64,000 nt of DNA from Actinopolymorphaceae bacterium (lineage in GTDB: Bacteria > Actinomycetota > Actinomycetes > Propionibacteriales > DAIQRJ01). The notes under the pieces are model-generated. The model saw only the letters and a list, made by a program, of their open reading frames with translations, searched no databases and was not told the origin of the DNA. The number at the start of each line of letters is the position of its first letter. The first letter of the stretch is position 1. Below are positions 50,201 through 59,227 of the stretch, one piece after another. The DNA is taken from the NCBI GenBank assembly GCA_036786375.1, contig DAIQRJ010000003.1, positions 75,932-139,931 on the forward strand, in the 5' to 3' direction. The position numbers and the translations under genes were made by a program.

Positions 50201-50302
50201 AGCCGCCCCCCGGGACGGCCGGAAGTGGAACCCATCGCATCCTCGACGCCCGGACGCGGGAAGATCACACGCCTATCGACCCCACAACGAAGCGAGGCCC
50301 CG

Positions 50303-51652
50303 ATGTCCACCGACAGCGCCGACCCGAACGCCCCCGACTGGTCGCAGCTCGACCGCCCGGTACCCGAGTGGTTCACCGACGCCAAGCTCGGCATCTTCAT
50401 CCACTGGGGCCCCTACTCCGTGCCCGCCTGGGCCGAGCCCACCGGTGAGCTCGGCGCCGTCGACTGGGGTACCTGGTTCCGCCACAACCCCTACGCCGAG
50501 TGGTACTTCAACACCATCCGCTTCCCCGACAGCCCCGCACACGAGCATCACGAGAAGACCTACTGCGGCGCGCCCTACGACGACTTCCTCGACGCCTGGA
50601 CGGCACAGGCATGGGACCCCGAGGACTGGGCCAGCCTGTTCGCCCGGGCCGGTGCCCGTTACGTCGTCCCGACCACCAAGCACCACGACGGCGCCGCACT
50701 CTGGGACGCCCCCGGCACCGGCGGCCGCAACACCGTCGCCCGCGGCCCGAAGCGCGACCTCGTCGGCGACCTCGCGGCCGCGGTCCGCACCGCCGGCCTG
50801 CGCTACGGCGTCTACTACTCAGGCGGCCTCGACTGGCACATCACCGACTTCCCGCCGCTGGACAGCGGCGACGCGGTAGGCGACACGTTCCGGCCGAAGG
50901 ACGCGGCCTACGCGGCGTACGCCTACCTGCATGTGCAGGACCTGATCGACAGGTACTCCCCCGACGTGTTGTGGAACGACATCGAATGGCCCGACGCCGG
51001 CAAGCACGCCGGTTCGCTCGGCCTGTTCCAGCTGTTCAAGAACTACTACGCGGCCGTTCCCGAGGGTGTCGTCAATGACCGCTGGGGCAAGACCCACCAC
51101 GACTACCAGACGAGCGAATACCAAGCGGGGCTGGAGAACGAGGCCTCGTCGTCGTGGGAGAACTGCCGCGGCATCGGCCTGTCTTTCGGCTACAACCAGA
51201 TCGAGGACGAGAGCAACTCCCTCGATGCGCACGGCGTCATCCGGCACCTGGTCGACATCGTCAGCCGTGGCGGCAACCTGTTGCTCGACGTCGGCCCGAC
51301 GGCGGACGGGATCATCCCCGACGTCCAGCGGCGCGCCCTCGAAGGCCTTGGCGACTGGATGGCCGTCAACAGCACGGCGATCCACGGCACCCGGCCGCTG
51401 GGCAAGCAGATCGCCGGCCCGAGCGACGAGCCGTGGGTGCGGTGGACGTCGCACGACGGAACGGCCTACGCGATCGTCGATACGACCGGCCCGGTCACGC
51501 TGCCGGGTACCGCCAAACTCGATCCGGCCACCGCAACCGTGCTCGGCGGGGGCCCGATCGCCGCACAGGCAACGGAAGCAGGCCTGACCGTCGACCTCAC
51601 CGGCCAGGACGGACCAGCCCCGCTGGTGATCAGCTTCGCCATCCTCGACTGA
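50303..51652 (+). CDS. alpha-L-fucosidase (GH29)
   Basis: 449 aa from ATG 50303. Contains KLGIFIHWGPYSVPAW and VVPTTKHHDGAALWD, typical of GH29. No signal peptide is evident. Confidence 0.85.
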   Translation: MSTDSADPNAPDWSQLDRPVPEWFTDAKLGIFIHWGPYSVPAWAEPTGELGAVDWGTWFRHNPYAEWYFNTIRFPDSPAHEHHEKTYCGAPYDDFLDAWTAQAWDPEDWASLFARAGARYVVPTTKHHDGAALWDAPGTGGRNTVARGPKRDLVGDLAAAVRTAGLRYGVYYSGGLDWHITDFPPLDSGDAVGDTFRPKDAAYAAYAYLHVQDLIDRYSPDVLWNDIEWPDAGKHAGSLGLFQLFKNYYAAVPEGVVNDRWGKTHHDYQTSEYQAGLENEASSSWENCRGIGLSFGYNQIEDESNSLDAHGVIRHLVDIVSRGGNLLLDVGPTADGIIPDVQRRALEGLGDWMAVNSTAIHGTRPLGKQIAGPSDEPWVRWTSHDGTAYAIVDTTGPVTLPGTAKLDPATATVLGGGPIAAQATEAGLTVDLTGQDGPAPLVISFAILD

Positions 51653-51658
51653 CGACGC

Positions 51659-54295
51659 TCAGGCGGCCGGCGCGTTCTGTCCGACTGCCACCGTACGGCT
51701 GGACGTCACGCACAGCTGGTCGGTGCTGTCGTCCACGTCCACCAGCACCGTGTCGCCGTCTCGGATCTCGCCGGCGAGCAGTTCGCGCGCCAGCTTGTCG
51801 CCGATGGCGGACTGCACCAACCGGCGGAGCGGACGCGCACCGTAGGTCGGGTCGTAGCCGGTGATCGCCAGCCACTCCTTCGCCGCGTCGGTCACCGACA
51901 TCTCGATCCGGCGGTCACGCAGCCGACGTGCCAGCGACTCGACCTGGAGGTCGACGATGCGGGTCAGGTCGGCCGTCGACAACGAGTCGAAGAGCACGAT
52001 GTCGTCGAGCCGGTTCAGGAACTCCGGCTTGAACGCCGCCCGGACCACCTTCATCACCGCGTCCTTGCGCATCTGCGGATCGGTGGTCGGGTCGGCGAGG
52101 AATGCCGAACCCAGGTTGGACGTCAGGATCAGGATGACGTTGCGGAAGTCGACCGTCCGGCCCTGTCCGTCGGTCAGCCGGCCGTCGTCGAGCACCTGGA
52201 GCAGGATGTCGAACACCTCCGGGTGCGCCTTCTCCACCTCGTCGAGCAGCACCACCGCGTAGGGCCGGCGCCGGACCGCCTCGGTGAGCTGGCCGCCCTC
52301 GTCGTAGCCGACGTAGCCAGGAGGGGCACCGACGAGCCGGGCCACCGAGTGCTTCTCGGAGTACTCGCTCATGTCGATGCGGATCATCGCCCGCTCGTCG
52401 TCGAAGAGAAAATCAGCCAGCGCCTTGGCCAACTCCGTCTTGCCGACACCGGTCGGTCCGAGGAACAGGAACGACCCGGTCGGACGGTCGGGATCCGAGA
52501 CTCCCGCACGTGCACGGCGAACCGCGTCCGATACCGCCACGACCGCGTTGTGCTGGCCGACGAGCCGGTGACCCAGCTCGTCCTCCATCCGCAGCAGCTT
52601 GCCGGTCTCGCCTTCCATCAGCCGGCCGAGCGGGATGCCCGTCCAGGCCGACACGACCTCGGCGATCTCGTCCGGTCCGACCTCGTCGCGCACCATCGCG
52701 TTCTGCGAACGCTGCTTGGCGGCACCGACGTCGGCGGCTGCGGACTGCTTGATCTCCTTCTCCAGTGCGGGAATCCGCCCGTAGAGCAGCTCGCTGGCGA
52801 CCGCGAGGTCACCGTCGCGCTGCGCACGCTCGGCCTGGCTGCGCAGGTCGTCCAGCTGCTCCTTGAGCTCGCCGACACGGTTGAGCGAACGCTTCTCGTT
52901 CTCCCACCGCGCCTCGAGCCCGGCCAGCTGCTCCTGCTTGTCCGAGAGCTCGATCCGCAAGCGGGCAAGGCGATCGACGCTCGCGTCGTCGGATTCCTTC
53001 GCGAGTGCGAGCTCCTCCATCTTCAGCCGGTCGACCGCGCGGCGCAGCTCGTCGACCTCGACGGGGCTGGAGTCGATCTCCATCCGAAGCCGGGACGCCG
53101 ACTCGTCGATCAGATCGATCGCCTTGTCCGGCAGCTTGCGTCCGGTGATGTAGCGGTTCGACAGCGTCGCCGCCGCCACCAGGGCGCTGTCGGCGATCGC
53201 GACCTTGTGGTGCGCCTCGTAGCGTTCCTTCAACCCACGCAGGATGGCGATCGAGTCCTCGACCGACGGCTCGGCGACCAGGATCTGCTGGAAGCGCCGC
53301 TCGAGAGCAGGATCGGACTCGATGCGCTGCCGGTATTCGTCGAGCGTGGTCGCGCCGATCATCCGCAGCTCACCGCGGGCGAGCATCGGCTTGAGCATGT
53401 TGCCGGCGTCCATCGCGCCTTCGCCGGACGCGCCGGCGCCGACGACGGTGTGCAGCTCGTCGATGAACGTGATGATGTGGCCCTGGCTCGCCTTGATCTC
53501 CTCGAGGACGGCCTTGAGCCGCTCCTCGAACTCGCCGCGGTACTTCGCACCGGCGACCATCGCGGCCAGGTCGAGCGACACCAGCCGGCGTCCCTTCAAC
53601 GACTCGGGGACGTCACCCGCGACGATGCGCTGGGCCAGGCCTTCGACGACGGCGGTCTTGCCGACGCCCGGCTCCCCGATCAGGACGGGGTTGTTCTTCG
53701 TCCGGCGCGAGAGCACCTGGACGACGCGGCGGATCTCGGTGTCACGGCCGATGACCGGGTCGAGCTTGCCCTCGCGTGCCGAGGCGGTGAGGTCGACGCT
53801 GTATTTCGCCAGCGCCTGCAGGGTGTTCTCGGGGTCGGCACTGGTGACCTTCTGGCCGCCACGCACGTCGTCGAGGGCAGCCCGGATGGTCTCGGTGCTC
53901 ACGCCGAGGCCGGCGAGGACGTCACGGGCCGGGGACTTGACCGTCGTGAGCGCGAGCAACAGGTGCTCGGTGCTGACGTACTCATCACCGAGATTCGCGG
54001 TCGCGTCCTCCGCGGCGGCCAGCACCTGGCTGGTCGCGCAGCTCGCGGTCGGCTGGCTGACGGTGGAGCCGGATGCGGACGGCAGTTGCGCGATGCGCGC
54101 GTCGACGGCGGCACCCACGTCGGGTTTCGTCGTGCCGAGCGCCTCGAGCAGCGGCCCGATGACGGTGGTCTCGTCCACGAGCAGGGCGGTGAGGATGTGC
54201 ACCGGCTCGAGGTTGGGGTTCTCCTTGGTCGCCGCGAGTCGCAGCGCCAGGGCGATCGCTTCGTTCGCCTTCGTGGTGAGGTTTCGTCCGGCCAT
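51659..54295 (-). CDS. clpB: ATP-dependent disaggregase ClpB
   Basis: 878 aa. It has a Clp_N domain, NBD1 (GEPGVGKT), a long coiled-coil M-domain and NBD2 (GPTGVGKT). Confidence 0.96.
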   Translation of the reverse strand: MAGRNLTTKANEAIALALRLAATKENPNLEPVHILTALLVDETTVIGPLLEALGTTKPDVGAAVDARIAQLPSASGSTVSQPTASCATSQVLAAAEDATANLGDEYVSTEHLLLALTTVKSPARDVLAGLGVSTETIRAALDDVRGGQKVTSADPENTLQALAKYSVDLTASAREGKLDPVIGRDTEIRRVVQVLSRRTKNNPVLIGEPGVGKTAVVEGLAQRIVAGDVPESLKGRRLVSLDLAAMVAGAKYRGEFEERLKAVLEEIKASQGHIITFIDELHTVVGAGASGEGAMDAGNMLKPMLARGELRMIGATTLDEYRQRIESDPALERRFQQILVAEPSVEDSIAILRGLKERYEAHHKVAIADSALVAAATLSNRYITGRKLPDKAIDLIDESASRLRMEIDSSPVEVDELRRAVDRLKMEELALAKESDDASVDRLARLRIELSDKQEQLAGLEARWENEKRSLNRVGELKEQLDDLRSQAERAQRDGDLAVASELLYGRIPALEKEIKQSAAADVGAAKQRSQNAMVRDEVGPDEIAEVVSAWTGIPLGRLMEGETGKLLRMEDELGHRLVGQHNAVVAVSDAVRRARAGVSDPDRPTGSFLFLGPTGVGKTELAKALADFLFDDERAMIRIDMSEYSEKHSVARLVGAPPGYVGYDEGGQLTEAVRRRPYAVVLLDEVEKAHPEVFDILLQVLDDGRLTDGQGRTVDFRNVILILTSNLGSAFLADPTTDPQMRKDAVMKVVRAAFKPEFLNRLDDIVLFDSLSTADLTRIVDLQVESLARRLRDRRIEMSVTDAAKEWLAITGYDPTYGARPLRRLVQSAIGDKLARELLAGEIRDGDTVLVDVDDSTDQLCVTSSRTVAVGQNAPAA

Positions 54296-54339
54296 GGGCC
54301 ATCTCCGTTGCTGTGCTGATGGGTGAAGGTCGTGGGTGG

Positions 54340-54837
54340 TTATCGGGGGCGGTCGTCGGGGCCCGACTCCAGCTGCCGGGGACGTCCGAACCAGGCTGAG
54401 CGTGTGCGACGTTCGCGCATGTCGACGACGTCGCCCGCGCGGCCCGCGAGGAAGACTCGGCGCGCGGTCGTGGCGTCCGGGGCGACCACGCCGGTCCGTT
54501 GCTGGAGGACGGCGAGCTGGGCCCGGACCGCGACCAGTTCGGCTTCGAGTTCGAGGACCCGGCGGATGCCGGTGAGGCTGATGCCCTCGTCGCGCGACAT
54601 CCGCTGGATCGCGCGCAGGGTGGCGATGTCGCGAGCGGAGTAACGGCGTCCCCGGCCGGCGGTGCGACGGGGAGAGACGAGGCCGACCCGGTCGTACTGG
54701 CGCAGGGTCTGCGGGTGCATGCCGGCGAGCTCGGCGGCCACGCTGATGACGTAGACGGGCCGGTCGGCGGGGTGCTCGTCCGACGGCAGGTACGGAGGGT
54801 GCGGGAAGTGCGAATGGGCGTCACGGGGTTCGGTCAC
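54340..54837 (-). CDS. hspR: heat-shock repressor HspR (MerR family)
   Basis: 165 aa from GTG 54837 with a GGAGGAG RBS. The MerR HTH is YVISVAAELAGMHPQTLRQYDRVGLVSPRRTAGRGRRYSARDI. It is the last gene of the dnaK operon. Confidence 0.9.
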   Translation of the reverse strand: MTEPRDAHSHFPHPPYLPSDEHPADRPVYVISVAAELAGMHPQTLRQYDRVGLVSPRRTAGRGRRYSARDIATLRAIQRMSRDEGISLTGIRRVLELEAELVAVRAQLAVLQQRTGVVAPDATTARRVFLAGRAGDVVDMRERRTRSAWFGRPRQLESGPDDRPR

Positions 54838-54897
54838 GGCTCTCCTCCCCTCACCTGGCACCGGCACGCGGGCGGACCAGCGACCGGCGTACGTTGC

Positions 54898-56076
54898 TCA
54901 GCTTCCATTCTGGGCGTCGCGCAACAGCTTCGCGCGGACGTCGTTGCCTGCGGTGGCTTCGGCGTACTTGGCCAGCGCGTCCTTCGCCGGCTGGTCGAGC
55001 GTGTCGGGCACCAGCACCTTGATGGTGACCAGCAGGTCTCCGTAGGTCCCGTCGGCGCGCCGGGCGCCCTTGCCCCGAACCCGCAGCACGCGGCCGTTGG
55101 GTGTGCCGGGCGGGATCTTCACCCCGACCGGACGTCCGTTCAGCGTCGGCACCATCACCTCGGCGCCGAGCGCGGCCTCGGTGAACGTCACCGGGACCTC
55201 GACGGTGAGGTTGGCGCCCTTCTTGCCGAACACACGGTGGGTGCCGACGTGCACGCGTACGAGCAGGTCGCCGGGGGCACCGCCGTTCTCACCGACCGCG
55301 CCCTTGCCGCGCAGCCGGATCCGCTGGCCGTCGTCGACGCCCGCAGGGATGCGCGCCTGCAGCTTCTTCTCCGAGCGTCCCCGGCCCGAGCCGCCACAGG
55401 TGGGGCACGGGTCGTCGACGACCAGGCCGCGGCCCAGACATTCCTTGCAGGGTTCGGTGATCGCGAAGCCACCGGCGCGGCCGGAGGGCTCCATGCCGGT
55501 GCCTTCGCACTTGGGGCAGAGCCTCGGGACGGTGCCCTTCTTCGCTCCGGTCCCGGCACAGGTGGGGCAGGCGGTGTCCGAGCTGAGAGTCAGCGGGATG
55601 GTCGTCCCGGAGACCGCCTCGGCGAACTCCAGGGTCACGTCGGTCTCGATGTCGGCACCGCGGCGGTGCCTGGTGGACGTCCGGGTACGCGTCGTGCCGC
55701 TGCTGCCCTGGCCGAACAGGCCGCCGAAGATGTCGCCGAGGTTGCTCGCGCCGCCGCCGAACAGGTCGCCGAGGTTGGTCGACCCGCCTCCGAAACCACC
55801 CGGCGAACTGGTGCCGGTCCGGGCCCGGAACGGACCCCGTCCGAACAGGGACCGGGCCTCGTCGTACTCCTTGCGTTTGTCCGGCACCGACAGCACCGAG
55901 TACGCCTCGGAGATCTCCTTGAACTTCGCCTCCGCGGCGGAGTCGCCGGGGTGCGAGTCGGGGTGATGAGCCCGGGCGAGCTTGCGGTAGGACTTCTTGA
56001 TGTCCTCCGCCGATGCGTCCTTGGACACACCGAGAGTGGCGTAGAAATCCTTCTCCAGCCATTCCTTCGTGCTCAC
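54898..56076 (-). CDS. dnaJ: molecular chaperone DnaJ
   Basis: 392 aa. It has a J-domain with HPD, a G/F-rich region and four CxxCxGxG zinc-finger repeats. Confidence 0.96.
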   Translation of the reverse strand: MSTKEWLEKDFYATLGVSKDASAEDIKKSYRKLARAHHPDSHPGDSAAEAKFKEISEAYSVLSVPDKRKEYDEARSLFGRGPFRARTGTSSPGGFGGGSTNLGDLFGGGASNLGDIFGGLFGQGSSGTTRTRTSTRHRRGADIETDVTLEFAEAVSGTTIPLTLSSDTACPTCAGTGAKKGTVPRLCPKCEGTGMEPSGRAGGFAITEPCKECLGRGLVVDDPCPTCGGSGRGRSEKKLQARIPAGVDDGQRIRLRGKGAVGENGGAPGDLLVRVHVGTHRVFGKKGANLTVEVPVTFTEAALGAEVMVPTLNGRPVGVKIPPGTPNGRVLRVRGKGARRADGTYGDLLVTIKVLVPDTLDQPAKDALAKYAEATAGNDVRAKLLRDAQNGS

Positions 56077-56167
56077 CCGGGCTCCTTCGTTTCGCCGCTG
56101 TGCAGTGGTGTTTCGGTGTTCCTTGCTACCCGCCCGGTGTTACCCGGCCGTACTCACCCGCAGCGCG

Positions 56168-56845
56168 TCAGCTCTCGTCGCCGGCCGGGGCGGGGGCGGC
56201 CGGAGTGGCCGACCCGCCGTGGCTCGGCTCGCTCACCGTGACCCGGGCAGGACGCAGGATGCGCTCGCCCAGCCGGTACCCCGGCTGCAGGATCGCGGTG
56301 GCGGTCGGGCCGTCGACGTCCTCGGACACCTGGTGCATCAGCGCCTCGTGCACGACCGGGTCGAAGGGGTCGCCGGCCTCGCCGTAGCGGGTGACGCCCA
56401 TCCGGTCGAGCGCGCGCAGCAGCGAGTCGGCGACGGCCTTGAAGCCGCCGGTCAGCTCACCGTGCTGCTCGGCCCGGGCCACGTCGTCGAGCACCGGGAG
56501 CAGCTCGGTCACGGCTCTCGCCGTGGCCAGCTCGCCGGCGCTGAGCCGGTCCCGGTCGACGCGCCGGCGGTAGTTGACGTACTCGGCCTGCAGTCGCTGC
56601 AGGTCGGCCGTCCGCTCGTCGGCCAGCGTCTGGAGGCGGTCGATCTCCGCCGACGCGAGGCCGTCGGCCGTCAGATCGTCGTCCTCGAAGCTTGCGGACT
56701 CGTCGGGTACCGGGTCTTTCGTCCCCGGGATCGGCGTCTGCTCGCGCAGTTTGCCGGTCTCGGGATCGACACGCCGTCGGTCGTGGATGACCGGCTTCTC
56801 GTCGGGATCGCGATCGGAGGAACTTCCGCCGAAGGGTGAGGTCAC
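56168..56845 (-). CDS. grpE: nucleotide exchange factor GrpE
   Basis: 225 aa. The GTG start overlaps the dnaK stop as GTGA. The conserved C-terminal sequence is [14 protein letters not shown]. Confidence 0.92.
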   Translation of the reverse strand: MTSPFGGSSSDRDPDEKPVIHDRRRVDPETGKLREQTPIPGTKDPVPDESASFEDDDLTADGLASAEIDRLQTLADERTADLQRLQAEYVNYRRRVDRDRLSAGELATARAVTELLPVLDDVARAEQHGELTGGFKAVADSLLRALDRMGVTRYGEAGDPFDPVVHEALMHQVSEDVDGPTATAILQPGYRLGERILRPARVTVSEPSHGGSATPAAPAPAGDES

Positions 56846-58710
56846 TTCTTCTCCCCGTCGGTGTCGGGCTCCTCATCGACGATCTCGGCGTCGACGACGT
56901 CGTCCTCACCACCGGACTCACCAGAGGGTGCGCCGGTGCCGTCGGCACCCTGCTCGCCCCCGGCCGAGGCGGCGTTGGCCGCGTACATGGCCGCGCCCAT
57001 CTTCTGGCTGGACTCCGACAGAGCCGACTGAGCGGACTTGATGGCCTCGAAGTCGTTGCCCTCGAGTGCCGATTTGAGCTCGTCGAGCTTGCCCTGGACC
57101 TCGGCCTTGACGTCGTCGGGGACCTTGTCACCGTCCTCGGAGATGAACTTCTCCGTCTGGTAGGCGAGGGACTCGGCCGAGTTACGTGCCTCGGCGTTCT
57201 CGCGCGCCTTACGGTCGTCCTCGGCGTACTGCTCGGCGTCACGGACCATGCGGTCGATGTCGTCCTTGCCCAGGGCCGAGCCGCCGGTCACCGTCATGCG
57301 CTGCTCACGGCCGGTCGCGGTGTCCTTGGCGGACACGTGCACGATGCCGTTCGCGTCGATGTCGAAGCTGACCTCGATCTGCGGGACGTTGCGAGGCGCC
57401 GGCGGAAGGCCGGTCAGCTCGAAGTTGCCCAGGCTCTTGTTCGAGCGGGCCATCTCGCGCTCACCTTGGTAGACCTGGATGAGCACGGAGGGCTGGTTGT
57501 CCTCGGCGGTGGTGAAGATCTCCGAGCGCTTCGTCGGGATCGTCGTGTTCCGCTCGATGATCTTCGTCATCACGCCGCCCTTGGTCTCGATGCCGAGGGA
57601 GAGCGGGGTCACGTCGAGGAGCAGGACGTCCTTGACCTCACCGCGGAGCACCCCGGCCTGCAGGCTGGCGCCGACGGCGACGACCTCGTCCGGGTTGACG
57701 CCCTTGTGCGGCTCCTTGCCACCGGTCATCTGCTTGACCAGGTCGACGACGGCGGGCATCCGGGTGGAGCCACCGACGAGCACGACGTGGTCGATCTTGG
57801 CGACGGAGATGCCGGAGTCCTTGATGACGGACTCGAACGGACGACGGGTCCGCTCGAGCAGGTCGTTCGTCAGCCGCTGGAACTCCGCGCGGGTCAGGGT
57901 CTCGTCGAGGAACAGCGGGTTGCCGTCCGAGCCGATGGAGATGTAGGGCAGGTTGATGGAGCTGCTCTGCGAGCTGGACAGCTCGATCTTGGCCTTCTCC
58001 GCGGCCTCACGCAGACGCTGCATGGCCATCTTGTCCTTGGCCAGGTCGATGCCGTTGCTGGCGCGGAACTTCTTCACGAAGTGGTCGACGATCCGCTGGT
58101 CCCAGTCGTCGCCGCCGAGCAGGTTGTCACCGCTGGTGGACTTGACCTCGAACACGCCGTCACCGATGTCGAGCAGGGACACGTCGAACGTGCCGCCACC
58201 GAGGTCGAAGACGAGGATGGTCTGGTCGGACTCCTTCTCGAGGCCGTACGCGAGTGCTGCCGCGGTGGGCTCGTTGATGATGCGGGAGACCTTCATGCCC
58301 GCGATCTCGCCGGCCTCTTTGGTGGCTTGGCGCTGCGCGTCGTTGAAGTAGGCGGGGACGGTGATGACCGCTTCGGTCACGTCCTCACCGAGGTAGGCCT
58401 CGGCGTCGCGCTTGAGCTTCTGCAGGACGAACGCGGAGATCTGCTGGGAGTTGAACGTCTTGTCGTCGATCTTCACGCTCCAGTCGGTGCCGATGTGGCG
58501 CTTGACGGAGCGGATGGTGCGGTCGACGTTGGTGACGGCCTGACGCTTGGCGACCTCGCCGACGAGAACTTCGCCGTTCTTCGCGAACGCGACGACCGAC
58601 GGGGTGGTGCGGGCGCCCTCGGCGTTGGCGATGACCGTGGGCTCACCGCCTTCGAGAACCGCGACGACCGAGTTGGTGGTGCCGAGGTCGATACCGACTG
58701 CACGTGCCAT
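56842..58710 (-). CDS. dnaK: molecular chaperone DnaK (Hsp70)
   Basis: 622 aa. Contains [29 protein letters not shown] and the acidic C-terminal tail [10 protein letters not shown]. Confidence 0.98.
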   Translation of the reverse strand: MARAVGIDLGTTNSVVAVLEGGEPTVIANAEGARTTPSVVAFAKNGEVLVGEVAKRQAVTNVDRTIRSVKRHIGTDWSVKIDDKTFNSQQISAFVLQKLKRDAEAYLGEDVTEAVITVPAYFNDAQRQATKEAGEIAGMKVSRIINEPTAAALAYGLEKESDQTILVFDLGGGTFDVSLLDIGDGVFEVKSTSGDNLLGGDDWDQRIVDHFVKKFRASNGIDLAKDKMAMQRLREAAEKAKIELSSSQSSSINLPYISIGSDGNPLFLDETLTRAEFQRLTNDLLERTRRPFESVIKDSGISVAKIDHVVLVGGSTRMPAVVDLVKQMTGGKEPHKGVNPDEVVAVGASLQAGVLRGEVKDVLLLDVTPLSLGIETKGGVMTKIIERNTTIPTKRSEIFTTAEDNQPSVLIQVYQGEREMARSNKSLGNFELTGLPPAPRNVPQIEVSFDIDANGIVHVSAKDTATGREQRMTVTGGSALGKDDIDRMVRDAEQYAEDDRKARENAEARNSAESLAYQTEKFISEDGDKVPDDVKAEVQGKLDELKSALEGNDFEAIKSAQSALSESSQKMGAAMYAANAASAGGEQGADGTGAPSGESGGEDDVVDAEIVDEEPDTDGEKK

Positions 58711-58878
58711 GTGGAAGTCCTCCGTTGGACGGGACCGGGCGACCCGGCCGGGGGGTAGCTGCTGATGCGCTTGTGGTTTGGGTCTTCGTTCGTGCTGCGT
58801 TGCGGGTAATGCTGACTTGCGGTGGTGCTGGGCTTGCGGTTCCGACTCTGCGTCACGCTAGCTCAGTACGTCAACAAA

Positions 58879-58899
58879 CTTGAGTGCATCATGCTCAAG
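58879..58899. promoter_or_regulatory. HAIR element (HspR operator) upstream of dnaK
   Basis: CTTGAGT-GCATCAT-GCTCAAG matches the HAIR consensus CTTGAGT-N7-ACTCAAG at 13 of 14 arm positions. It lies about 170 nt upstream of the dnaK ATG. An additional half-site-like CTCAGT is at 58862-58867. Confidence 0.78.
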
Positions 58900-59145
58900 T
58901 TATCTGAGCCCGTTCGTATTCCGAACGACCGATTCTGACATGAGCCACACGGTTTGGACGTTTGGGAGCCGGTCGCCCCTCGAAAGTGGGCGCGTCCCCA
59001 CCCGACACGCCACACCGAGCGCACCCAAGCATCCACTCCAAGGTGGCTCCCACGACGACCTCTCCGGCCGCCCGGACGGTCAGGCGTTCCGTGCGCCCGA
59101 CCGCACCATCCGCCTGACACCTCTCTCAACCGAGCCCGGACGCAG

Positions 59146-59181
59146 AGCTGCCCCGTCCCTCCGAGGAGGAACGGGGCAGCT
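59146..59181 (-). terminator. stem-loop terminator after the M4 protease gene, insulating it from the dnaK promoter
   Basis: A perfect 11-bp stem pairs agctgccccgt (59146-59156) with acggggcagct (59171-59181) around a 14-nt loop. It lies 47 nt downstream of the stop at 59228. There is no U-tract. Confidence 0.55.
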
Positions 59182-59227
59182 GTGGTCGGCCACAGACACA
59201 GGTGCGGTGTAGTGCGGGACTAACCGA

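Noticed and set aside
54340-54867. Longer HspR start at ATG 54867.
   Set aside because: GTG 54837 has a strong GGAGGAG RBS at the right spacing. The extra 10 residues (MPVPGEGRRA) add nothing conserved. The difference is minor and the longer start remains possible.
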